Assembly: GCA_015478725.1 (NCBI GenBank)
Contig: JADMIG010000002.1
Location: forward strand, 57,254 to 121,253
Reading direction: 5' to 3'
Source: Chloroflexota bacterium
Lineage (GTDB): Bacteria; Chloroflexota; Limnocylindria; Limnocylindrales; CSP1-4
Length of the DNA: 64,000 nt
In this document: positions 48,242-56,884 of the stretch, piece by piece
Position numbering within the stretch: position 1 is the first letter of the stretch
Layout: every line of letters starts with the position of its first letter
Notes under the pieces: generated by a model
Told to the model about the DNA's origin: nothing
The model's input: only the letters and a program-made list of their open reading frames with translations
Databases searched by the model: none
Made by a program: the position numbers and the translations under genes

Positions 48242-50304
48242 TGACCGGCGGCCGACGCCCGCTCAAGGGGCGGAAGATCGCGGACCGACGCCTGCGGGTG
48301 GACCGACCCCACGCGGCCTACTTCCGGTACACGGGCCAGGGGTCGCTCGTCGCGAAGGAGGCAGCGAGCCGGCCGCTCACGCCAGCCGGTCGGATCGTCG
48401 CCCGGGTCAAGGCCGTCGCACTCGGCCGCCCGCTCTCGAACGAGGAGGAGATCGGCGAGCGCCTCGCGAAGAAGAAGGCCCTCGCGATCTTCAGCTCCGA
48501 TGCGATCTCCTCGTCCGCCTACGCGACGGAGGAGATCCTCCGCGTCCTCATCGTCGCCGCCGCGGCGGGAGCCCTCGCCTACTCGATCGCGGTCTCGGTG
48601 GCCATCGCCGTCATGCTCACCGTGGTCTCCATCTCGTACCGACAGGTCTGTCGCGCCTACCCCTCGGGAGGCGGCGCCTACATCGTCGCGCGTGAGAACC
48701 TCGCCCCGATGGCCGGCCTCATCGCGGCCGCCGCCCTGCTCATCGACTATGTCATGACGGTGGCGGTCTCGACCGCGTCGGCGATCCAGCAGATCCAGTC
48801 GGTCGTGCCACAGGCCTACGACTACCGGATCGAGATCGCCTTCGTGTCGATCTCGCTCATCACGATCGGCAACCTGCGCGGCCTCCGGGAATCGGGAAAC
48901 ATCTTCGCCGTCCCGACGTACCTGTTCGTGGGCCTCGCGCTGCTCATCGTCGCGGTCGGGCTCAGCCGGATCGTCGGCGGCACCGCCGCCCCGATGCTTC
49001 CGCAGCCGGGGGCCGTCCAGCCGGGCACGGAAGCGCTCGGCCTGTTCCTCCTCCTCAAGGCCTTTGCGGGCGGCTCCGTCGCCCTCACCGGCGTGGAGGC
49101 CATCGCCAACGGGGTGCCCGCCTTCAAGCCCCCCGAGGCGAAGAACGCAGCGAACACGATGATCTCGATGGCCGTCATCCTCGGCGTCATCTTCATCGGC
49201 CTGACGATCATCGCCCATGCCTATGCGATCGTGCCGAGCCAGGACAACAGCGGCGGTCCGACCGTCGTCGCGATCATCGCCGCCACCGCCCTCGGTCTGA
49301 ACAGCCCACTGTTCATCCTGTTCCAGGCGAGCACAGCCCTCATCCTGTTCCTCGCCGCGAACACGAGCTTCAACGCGTTCCCGCGACTCGCCGCGATCCT
49401 CGCCGCGGACGGCTACATGCCGCGCCAGTTCAGCTTCCGGGGCGACCGGCTCGCCTACAGCTGGGGCATCGTCCTGCTGGCCGCCGTCGCGTTCGGCCTC
49501 CTCGTCATCTTCAACGGCGACACCCACGCGCTCATCCCGCTGTACTCGGTCGGCGTCTTCGTCTGCTTCACGCTCTCGCAGACCGGGATGGTCCGCCACT
49601 GGCGCAGGGTCCGCGAGGCGGGCTGGCGGTGGCGAGCGCTCGTCAACGCGTTCGGCGGCGTCCTCACGGCGGTGGTCCTTGCCGTCGTCGTCGCGGTGAA
49701 GTTCCGCGACGGCGCGTACCTCGTCGTCATCCTCATCCCCGTCCTCGTCAGCCTTATGCTCTTCATCAACCGACAGTACGCCGCGTCGAGGCGCCAGCTC
49801 GCACTCCGCCCGGACCAGGTGATCGGACCGCCACATCGCGCGGAACGGGTCGTCATCCCCATCCCGACCCTCAACCGGGCAGTCGTCCAGGCCGTCAACG
49901 TCGGCCGTTCCATCAGCGACGACGTCCGGGCGGTCTACATCTCGGACGCCCCGGACGACGCGGCTGCGATGCGGGCGGAGTGGGATCGGCGAGTCCCGGG
50001 CGTTCCGCTCGTCGTCGTCGAGTCTCCGTACCGGGCGCTCGTCGGTCCGCTCATCGCCTACCTCGACGTGCTGGACCGAGGCGGGGCGTCCGATCATGAC
50101 GCACCGATCACGTTCATCGTCGTCCCCGAATATGTCGCCCGCAACTGGTGGGAGCGGATCCTTTACAACCAGTCCTCCAAGCGTCTTCGCAAGGCCCTCC
50201 TCGGTCGACCGAACACGGTCGTCGTCAACGTCCCCTACCGGCGCGAGGACGCGGCGTCGTTCGACCACCAGCCCGGGGAGGCGCCGGATACCGTCGAGCC
50301 CTGA
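48241..50304 (+). CDS. APC-superfamily amino acid permease with a ~200-aa C-terminal cytoplasmic domain
   Basis: ~12 TM helices (ATEEILRVLIVAAAAGALAYSIAV...), then a soluble C-terminal domain. ATG overlaps the upstream stop (TGATG). Confidence 0.8.
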   Translation: MTGGRRPLKGRKIADRRLRVDRPHAAYFRYTGQGSLVAKEAASRPLTPAGRIVARVKAVALGRPLSNEEEIGERLAKKKALAIFSSDAISSSAYATEEILRVLIVAAAAGALAYSIAVSVAIAVMLTVVSISYRQVCRAYPSGGGAYIVARENLAPMAGLIAAAALLIDYVMTVAVSTASAIQQIQSVVPQAYDYRIEIAFVSISLITIGNLRGLRESGNIFAVPTYLFVGLALLIVAVGLSRIVGGTAAPMLPQPGAVQPGTEALGLFLLLKAFAGGSVALTGVEAIANGVPAFKPPEAKNAANTMISMAVILGVIFIGLTIIAHAYAIVPSQDNSGGPTVVAIIAATALGLNSPLFILFQASTALILFLAANTSFNAFPRLAAILAADGYMPRQFSFRGDRLAYSWGIVLLAAVAFGLLVIFNGDTHALIPLYSVGVFVCFTLSQTGMVRHWRRVREAGWRWRALVNAFGGVLTAVVLAVVVAVKFRDGAYLVVILIPVLVSLMLFINRQYAASRRQLALRPDQVIGPPHRAERVVIPIPTLNRAVVQAVNVGRSISDDVRAVYISDAPDDAAAMRAEWDRRVPGVPLVVVESPYRALVGPLIAYLDVLDRGGASDHDAPITFIVVPEYVARNWWERILYNQSSKRLRKALLGRPNTVVVNVPYRREDAASFDHQPGEAPDTVEP

Positions 50305-50458
50305 GCGGCCCGCCGGCTCCGGTCGGGCCCGGGCGGTGGTATCGTGACCGCCGCGTCGACGCCGGACAGGCGCCGACCACCGCAAACCGACCATCATCCG
50401 CGCGGTCGAAGCGGCGTTTCCGACCTCGCACCCCGCTCATCCGGGAGCCCACCCACCG

Positions 50459-50920
50459 GTGTCCGACCATGAACCGCAGACCGCCATCCGGTGCGCCGTC
50501 GTCGCTCTGAACGGCGGGCCGAGCGACCCCCGGATCGTCCGGCTGGCGATCGACCTCGCCCGCCCCTCGAAGTCGATCCTCGTCGGCGTCCACGTCGTGG
50601 AGATCGACTGGACCCTCCCGCTCGACGCGGACGTGGCCGGTCGGTCGGAGGACACCCAGCGCGTCCTCGACCTCGCCGAGCAGATCGCCGATCACGCCCG
50701 CTACCGGATCGAACCGGTGCTCCTCCAGGCCCGGGATGTCGGCGCGGCGCTCGTCGACGAGGCCACGGAGCGGTCCGCCGACCTCCTCATCCTCGGCCTG
50801 CCGTACCGCAAGCGGTTCGGCGGCGACTTCGCGATCGGGCGGACCATCCCGTATGTCCTGAAGAACGCCCCGTGCGCCGTGTGGGTCGTGCGGGACCCCA
50901 TCCCCGAGGAGGGACCATGA
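50459..50920 (+). CDS. Universal stress protein (UspA family)
   Basis: 153 aa. ATP-binding region LLILGLPYRKRFGGDFAIGRTIPYVLKNAPCAVWVV. Confidence 0.8.
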   Translation: MSDHEPQTAIRCAVVALNGGPSDPRIVRLAIDLARPSKSILVGVHVVEIDWTLPLDADVAGRSEDTQRVLDLAEQIADHARYRIEPVLLQARDVGAALVDEATERSADLLILGLPYRKRFGGDFAIGRTIPYVLKNAPCAVWVVRDPIPEEGP

Positions 50921-51417
50921 AGGCGGTCATCGTCGGCTGTGGCCGCGTCGGCGCGGTCGTCGCCGAGTCGTTCGATCGAGCCGGCCATCAGGTGATCATC
51001 ATCGACCGTTCGACCGCGGCATTCGACAAGCTCGACTCCTCGTTCAAGGGGGAGGCAGTCCGGGGCGACGGCACGGACGAGGACGTGCTCCGCCGCGCCG
51101 GAGCCGAAGGGGCGGACCTGTTCCTCGCGCTCACCGAGGGCGACAATCGGAACACCATGTCCGCCCAGCTCGCGCTCGAGGCACTCGGGGCGCAGCGCGT
51201 CGTCGCCAAGATCAACGATCCGCTCCGGGCCGACGCATATGCCGACCTCGGCATCGCCACGATCTGCCGGACCGACCTGATGCTCGACGCGATCCTCGAT
51301 TTCGCCGGGCTTCCGAACGGCGGACCGCGGGGCGTGCTGCGCCCGAAGGGGACCCACCCGGGCGGCACGCATCACGAACCGGCGCCCGCGACCGGCGCCG
51401 CCACGACGGAGGGCTGA
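50917..51417 (+). CDS. TrkA-N (RCK N-terminal, NAD-binding) K+ transport regulatory protein
   Basis: MKAVIVGCGRVGAVVAESFDRAGHQVIIIDRS Rossmann motif. ATG overlaps the usp stop. The track ORF 50491.. is in-frame upstream read-through. Confidence 0.75.
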   Translation: MKAVIVGCGRVGAVVAESFDRAGHQVIIIDRSTAAFDKLDSSFKGEAVRGDGTDEDVLRRAGAEGADLFLALTEGDNRNTMSAQLALEALGAQRVVAKINDPLRADAYADLGIATICRTDLMLDAILDFAGLPNGGPRGVLRPKGTHPGGTHHEPAPATGAATTEG

Positions 51418-51419
51418 CC

Positions 51420-52097
51420 ATGTTCGTGCTCGTCGTGGGTGGCGGCAAGGTGGGCTACTACCTGGCCAAGGAGCTCGTGGAGGCCGGTCACGAGGTGGTC
51501 CTCCTCGAGAAGGACCGAGCGCGGGCCGATCAGATCGCGGACGAGATCGGTTCGATCGTGCTCGCCCACGACGGCTGCGAGGGCAAGTACCTCGGCGAGG
51601 CCGGGGCGAACCGGGCCGACATCGTCGCCGCGGTGACGGGCGACGACGAGGACAACCTCGTGATCTGCCAGATGGCGAAGCATCACTTCGACGTCCCGCG
51701 CACGATCGCCCGCGTGAACAATCCGAAGAACGAGTCCCTGTTCAAGCACCTCGGCGTCGACGAGATCATCAGCCCGACCCGGATGATCCTCGGCTCGATC
51801 GAGCAGGACATCCCGGTCCACGAGCTCCTCCACCTCGGCACCCTCGGCGGGTCGGATCTCGAGCTCATCGAGGCGCCGCTCCAGGCCGGCTCGCCCGCCA
51901 TCGGCCGGTCGCCGAACGACCTGACGATCCCCGAGGGATGCGCGCTGTTCGCCGTCGTCCGGGCCGGGCGGGCGATGCCGCTCCGCGCGGACATGACGCT
52001 CGCGGTCGGCGACAAGGTCATCGCGATCGGGCGCGCAGAATGCGAGGCGGCCCTCCACAGCCAGCTCATGGGCGAGACCGAGGCGGTCGGCGGCTGA
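51420..52097 (+). CDS. trkA: TrkA-family K+ uptake regulatory protein (RCK N + C domains)
   Basis: MFVLVVGGGKVGYYLAKELVEAGHEVVLLEKD. C-terminal TrkA-C domain. Confidence 0.85.
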   Translation: MFVLVVGGGKVGYYLAKELVEAGHEVVLLEKDRARADQIADEIGSIVLAHDGCEGKYLGEAGANRADIVAAVTGDDEDNLVICQMAKHHFDVPRTIARVNNPKNESLFKHLGVDEIISPTRMILGSIEQDIPVHELLHLGTLGGSDLELIEAPLQAGSPAIGRSPNDLTIPEGCALFAVVRAGRAMPLRADMTLAVGDKVIAIGRAECEAALHSQLMGETEAVGG

Positions 52098-52119
52098 TCC
52101 TGGGGATCGCCCTCGCGCC

Positions 52120-52250
52120 TCGCCTCGCCTCGCTCGCCTCGCCGAAGTTCGCGTCGGCGTCCAGCCGTTCGCGTCGGCGTCCACCCGTTCGCGTCGCTCG
52201 CCTGCCCGTTCGCGTCGCTCGTCTGTCCCGACTTCGCGTCGCGTACGCGC
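52120..52250. repeat. Degenerate ~20-bp tandem repeats (ccgttcgcgtcg... x5) downstream of trkA
   Basis: ccgaagttcgcgtcggcgtccag / ccgttcgcgtcggcgtccac / ccgttcgcgtcgctcgcctgc / ccgttcgcgtcgctcgtctgtc / ccgacttcgcgtcgcgtacgcgc. Confidence 0.6.
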
Positions 52251-52439
52251 CCGATGCGTGGTAGACCGTGGGAGCGGCGGCGGCCGCCCTGGCGCCCGCA
52301 CCGCGGACCCTGACCTGGGCGCCTTCCGCCCCGCTCGCCGAGTCCAGTACGCACCCCGCGCGTATCCGGCGCAGTCCGACCTGCCCGGCAGGCAGGACGC
52401 CCCCGGATCCCCGGCCCATCAAACACCGAGCACACGTCT

Positions 52440-52470
52440 CTTGACAACAAGATTGTCAATGTTCTAGCAT
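52440..52470 (+). promoter_or_regulatory. Promoter (TTGACA-N18-TAGCAT) overlapped by the perfect inverted repeat TTGACAA-N6-TTGTCAA; HAIR-like HspR operator candidate
   Basis: cTTGACAAcaagatTGTCAAtgttcTAGCAT. HAIR consensus is CTTGAGT-N7-ACTCAAG and the arms here are CTTGACA / TGTCAAt. Sits 240 nt upstream of hspR, with an AT-richer leader in between. Confidence 0.4.
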
Positions 52471-52711
52471 CCGACCATGTCCGGTTCCTTAAACATGAAC
52501 ACCACGCGTGCGGGTTCCGGACGCCCGCACCCAGCACGGAGGTTCACGACGATAACGATCGTGTGCCGCCCGTCGCCGTTCGGAGAGCTCTGTCGCTTGG
52601 TTCGGCGACGGATCGGCTCGTTGATGACAGTTTCGTTCGACCGGCCCGCTGGACCGGCGTCTTCGATGGCGGACCCGGCCGTCGAGCCGGCCGGAACCGG
52701 AGCCTGAGCGG

Positions 52712-53062
52712 ATGACCTCGCGCGCGGAACGAGACCCGGCGCGGCCCGTCTACGTCATCAGCGTGGCGGCCAGCATCGTCAGCGTTCATCCGCGGACCCT
52801 GCGGATCTACGAGGACGAGGGTCTCCTCTGCCCGGCGCGGACACCGAGCAACAACCGGCTCTACAGTGAGGACGACATCCGACGGGTCCTCTGGATCCGC
52901 CACCTGACCCGCGACCGGGGCGTCAACCTGGCCGGGATCCGCCTCCTCTTCGAATTGGAGGAGCGACTCGGGACTCGAGTCCTCGAGGCGCTCTTCGACG
53001 AGGGGATGGCGGACCGGGCCAGGACCGCCGACGGCGACCGACCGGACCGCACCGACCCGTGA
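52712..53062 (+). CDS. hspR: MerR-family heat-shock repressor HspR
   Basis: VYVISVAASIVSVHPRTLRIYEDEGLLCPARTPSNNRLYSEDD is the classic HspR N-terminus. Confidence 0.8.
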   Translation: MTSRAERDPARPVYVISVAASIVSVHPRTLRIYEDEGLLCPARTPSNNRLYSEDDIRRVLWIRHLTRDRGVNLAGIRLLFELEERLGTRVLEALFDEGMADRARTADGDRPDRTDP

Positions 53063-53144
53063 TCATCCATATGGACAGGGCAGTCGCCCCGTTCGACACG
53101 CATCCGGCGACGACAATGATCGCCGTCCCGCCGAGGAGAACCTG

Positions 53145-55712
53145 ATGGCCGACAAGACCGCCAAGCCGGAGGAGGCGCGACCCGCCGCTCAACCGGGCCC
53201 GGAGAGCCGCCCGACGGGACCGCTCGAGATGCCGCTCGTCGCCCTCCGCGAGACGGTCATCTTCCCGGAGATGATCGTCCCGCTCCAGGTCGGCCGCGAG
53301 AAGAGCGTCAACGCACTCAACGCCGCCGTCGCGGCGGGCGGACCCATCGCCCTCGTCACGCAGCGCCGCGCTGAACAGGAGGAGATCGAGAAGCCGGACG
53401 AGCTGTACGCCATCGGGACGCTCGCCAAGATCGCCCAGGTGGTCCAGCTCCAGGACGGCACCGTGCGGGCGATCGTCCAGGGCCAGCGCCGCATCAGGGT
53501 CGTCAGCTTCACCCAGACTGCCCCGTACCTCGCGGCCACGATCGAGGAGCTCCCGGACGGCATCCCCGACGGGGTCGAGGTCGAAGCCCTCATGCGATCG
53601 GTCCAGGCGCAGATCGAGCAGTACGTCGCGAACGGGGCGCCCGTCCCGCCGGAGGCGGCCGTCGCCGCCCGGAACATCACGGATCCGGGGCTCCTCGCGG
53701 ACATGGTCGCCTACAGCCCGGATATGACGACGGAGCAGCGCCAGGAGCTCCTCGAGACCGTCGACGTCATCGAGCGCCTCAAGCTCGTCAGTGGCTTCCT
53801 CGCCCGCCAGGTGGAGATCCTCGAGCTCAAGGGCCGGATCCAGTCCGAGGTCAAGTCCGAGATGGACAAGACCCAGCGGGAGTACATCCTCCGCGAGCAG
53901 CTGAAGGCGATCCAGCGCGAACTCGGCGAGGACGATCCGCAGCAGGCCGAGATCGGCGAGCTCCGCGACAAGGTCGAGGCCGCCGGCATGCCGGACGAGA
54001 TCAAGGCCCGGGCGATCAAGGAGATCGACCGGATGAGCCGCATCCCGTCGGCGAGCCCGGAGGTCGGCGTCATCCGGACGTACGTCGACTGGCTCGTCGG
54101 GTTGCCGTGGAACGTCGCGACGACCGACCTCCTCGACATCAAGCAGGCCGCGAAGGTCCTCGACGAGGACCACTACGGCCTCGAGAAGATCAAGGATCGG
54201 ATCCTCGAGTATCTCGCGGTCCGGACGCTCGCCGACCAGATCCGCAGCCCCATCCTCTGCTTCGTCGGACCGCCCGGCGTCGGCAAGACGAGCCTCGGCA
54301 AGAGCATCGCCCGGGCGATGGGCCGCAAGTTCGTCCGGATGAGCCTTGGCGGGATCCACGACGAGGCGGAGATCCGCGGTCACCGCCGGACGTACATCGG
54401 CGCTCTGCCCGGACGGGTGATCCAGAACATCAAGACCGCCGGATCGAACAACCCGGTCTTCATGCTCGACGAAGTCGACAAGATCGGGATGGACTTCCGG
54501 GGCGATCCGTCGAGCGCGCTGCTCGAAGTCCTCGACCCGGAGCAGAACAACACCTTCCAGGACAACTACCTCGAGGTCCCCTTCGACCTGAGCCGCGTCC
54601 TGTTCATCGCGACCGGAAATCTGCTCGACCCGATCCCGGCCCCGCTTCGGGACCGGATGGAGATCATCCATCTGCCGGGGTACACCCAGAAGGAGAAGGT
54701 CGGGATCGCTCGCCGGTTCCTCATCCCGAAGCAGATGGAGAACCACGGCCTCAAGACGAAGCACATCGACATCACCGACGAGGCGCTCCTCGAGCTCGTC
54801 CAAGCGTACACCCACGAGGCCGGCGTCCGAAACATCGAGCGCGAGATCGCGAACATCATGCGCAAGGTGGCGCGGACCGTGGCCGAGGGTCGCAAGCGGA
54901 AGACCGTGGTCGACCTGCGCAAGCTCGACGAGTACCTCGGGCCACCGCGCTTCGAGTACGGCGAGCTCGAGCGGGAGGACCAGATCGGCTCGGCGACCGG
55001 TCTCGTCGTCACGGAGGTCGGCGGGGACGTGGTCGCCGTCGAGGTGACGATCATGGAGGGCAAGGAGGACTTCATCCTCACCGGCCAGCTCGGCGAGGTC
55101 ATGCGCGAGTCCGCCCGGGCAGCCCTGTCGTGGATCCGCAGCCACGCGGCGGCCCTCGGGATCGAGCGCGAGACGTTCGAGAAGAACACCCTCCACATCC
55201 ATGTCCCGGCTGGGGCGACGCCGAAGGACGGCCCGTCGGCCGGCGTCACGATGGCGACCGCCATGGTGAGCGCGTTCACCGGCATCCCCGTCCGCAAGGA
55301 TGTCGCCATGACCGGCGAGATCACCCTCCGAGGGCGTGTCCTCGCGATCGGCGGGCTCAAGCAGAAGACGCTCGCGGCCCACCTCTCGGGAGCCAAGACC
55401 GTCATCATCCCGAAGAAGAACGAGAAGGACCTCCGCGACATCCCCGACGAGATCCGCAAGCAGATCCGGATCATCCCGGTCGAGACGGCCGAGCAGGTCC
55501 TCGAGGCGGCGCTTCGTCGCCGTCCGACCCCCCTCGTGCCGAAGACACCGAAGGCGGCGTCCGACGAGCGCGGCGGCGGGACGACGGCCGAGGACGGCGG
55601 GCATGTCCGCCGTCCGAACTTCCCGCCGTCGGATCAACCGCCCGTCATGGTCGAGCCACCAGCGCGACGGGCGATACGCGCACCGACCGGCGGCCGGCGA
55701 CGGTACGACTGA
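53145..55712 (+). CDS. lon: ATP-dependent Lon protease (LonA), with a ~70-aa basic/Pro-rich C-terminal extension
   Basis: Lon N-domain, Walker A GPPGVGKTS, and protease site KDGPSAGVTMATA. Confidence 0.9.
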   Translation: MADKTAKPEEARPAAQPGPESRPTGPLEMPLVALRETVIFPEMIVPLQVGREKSVNALNAAVAAGGPIALVTQRRAEQEEIEKPDELYAIGTLAKIAQVVQLQDGTVRAIVQGQRRIRVVSFTQTAPYLAATIEELPDGIPDGVEVEALMRSVQAQIEQYVANGAPVPPEAAVAARNITDPGLLADMVAYSPDMTTEQRQELLETVDVIERLKLVSGFLARQVEILELKGRIQSEVKSEMDKTQREYILREQLKAIQRELGEDDPQQAEIGELRDKVEAAGMPDEIKARAIKEIDRMSRIPSASPEVGVIRTYVDWLVGLPWNVATTDLLDIKQAAKVLDEDHYGLEKIKDRILEYLAVRTLADQIRSPILCFVGPPGVGKTSLGKSIARAMGRKFVRMSLGGIHDEAEIRGHRRTYIGALPGRVIQNIKTAGSNNPVFMLDEVDKIGMDFRGDPSSALLEVLDPEQNNTFQDNYLEVPFDLSRVLFIATGNLLDPIPAPLRDRMEIIHLPGYTQKEKVGIARRFLIPKQMENHGLKTKHIDITDEALLELVQAYTHEAGVRNIEREIANIMRKVARTVAEGRKRKTVVDLRKLDEYLGPPRFEYGELEREDQIGSATGLVVTEVGGDVVAVEVTIMEGKEDFILTGQLGEVMRESARAALSWIRSHAAALGIERETFEKNTLHIHVPAGATPKDGPSAGVTMATAMVSAFTGIPVRKDVAMTGEITLRGRVLAIGGLKQKTLAAHLSGAKTVIIPKKNEKDLRDIPDEIRKQIRIIPVETAEQVLEAALRRRPTPLVPKTPKAASDERGGGTTAEDGGHVRRPNFPPSDQPPVMVEPPARRAIRAPTGGRRRYD

Positions 55713-55757
55713 GCCCCCTCGGGGTACGGGTGTCGGGCGGGACCCGGAGGGCCTGAC

Positions 55758-56855
55758 ATGGAATTCAGGGACTACTACGCGACCCTCGGCGTGGCCCGGA
55801 CGGCGAGCCAGGCGGAGATCAAGAAGGCGTTCCGGAAGCTCGCTCGGGTGCACCATCCGGACGTCAAGCCGAACGACAAGGCCGCGGAACGTCGCTTCAA
55901 GGACATCAACGAGGCGAACGCGGTCCTCTCGGATCCGGGAAAACGGGCCCAGTACGACACGCTCGGCCCGGATTGGGAGTCGGTCGCCCGGGCCGGCGCC
56001 GGCCATGCCGGCCGGGGGGCGTCGGCGGCCGGTGGCGCGGGCCCCTTCGCCGGTTTCGGTGGCGGCAACGTCCGCTACGAGTTCCGGACCACCGGCGACG
56101 CGTCCGGATTCTCCGATTTCTTCCGCACCTTCTTCAGCGGCGACGCCCGTGACGGCGGCCCGTCCGGGAGCTCGACGCGGGCGCGCACGACGAACGACGC
56201 CACGTTCGAGGAAATCCTCGCCGGGATGGGCCTCGACGCTGCCGGCTCGACCCCTGCGACGGGCGCGACCGGTGGCGCAGGGCGACGACCGAGCAGCGGT
56301 CGCGGCGGTTCGCGGACAGCCGGGGCCGGGGCGGGCCGACACGATCGGGACCTCGAGGCGACCGTCGATGTGACGCTCGAGGAGGCCTACAACGGCACAA
56401 CCCGGCTCGTCGAGATCGACGGCAAGCGGCTCGAGGTGACGATCCCGCGCGGCGTCGACGCCGGGAGCAGGATCCGGCTCGCGGGTAGGGGCGGTGACGG
56501 TCGGGATCTGTACCTCGTGACGTCCCTCCGACCCCACCCCACATTCACCCGGCGCGGAGCGGACCTCGAACGCGAGGTGCCGGTCACCCTCCGCGAAGCG
56601 CTGCTCGGCGCCGAGGTGCCGGTCGGGACGCTCCGTGGCCGCGTCCTGCTCACGGTCCCGGCCCGGACCCAGAATGGCCGGACGTTCCGACTCAGCGGGC
56701 AGGGGATGCCGCGGCTCTCCGGCGACGGCATCGGCGACCTCTACGTCAGGATCCGCATCGTCCTTCCGACACGCCTGAGCAGCGAGGCCGAGGACGCCGC
56801 CCGCCGGTTCCTCGAGCTCGTCGAGCAGCCGGATCCACGCGTCGACGCGACCTGA
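55758..56855 (+). CDS. dnaJ: J-domain co-chaperone lacking the Zn-finger (CbpA-like / type II DnaJ)
   Basis: J-domain with HPD (ARVHHPDV), a G/F-rich region and C-terminal substrate-binding domains. No CxxCxGxG repeats. Confidence 0.8.
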   Translation: MEFRDYYATLGVARTASQAEIKKAFRKLARVHHPDVKPNDKAAERRFKDINEANAVLSDPGKRAQYDTLGPDWESVARAGAGHAGRGASAAGGAGPFAGFGGGNVRYEFRTTGDASGFSDFFRTFFSGDARDGGPSGSSTRARTTNDATFEEILAGMGLDAAGSTPATGATGGAGRRPSSGRGGSRTAGAGAGRHDRDLEATVDVTLEEAYNGTTRLVEIDGKRLEVTIPRGVDAGSRIRLAGRGGDGRDLYLVTSLRPHPTFTRRGADLEREVPVTLREALLGAEVPVGTLRGRVLLTVPARTQNGRTFRLSGQGMPRLSGDGIGDLYVRIRIVLPTRLSSEAEDAARRFLELVEQPDPRVDAT

Positions 56856-56884
56856 CACGCAGCAGCAGAGAGAATCGGACCCAC

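Noticed and set aside
47701-50397. 898-aa minus-strand ORF
   Set aside because: Antisense to the metallophosphoesterase and APC permease genes. Asp/Arg/Glu low-complexity.
52477-52707. 76-aa ORF between the heat-shock promoter and hspR
   Set aside because: Uses rare codons for this genome (tta, ata, ttg, aca, tct) and has no motif. More likely a non-coding leader, so it is noted under the heat-shock finding instead.
52923-56858. 1311-aa minus-strand ORF
   Set aside because: Entirely antisense to lon and dnaJ, which have unambiguous motifs. GC-skew artefact.
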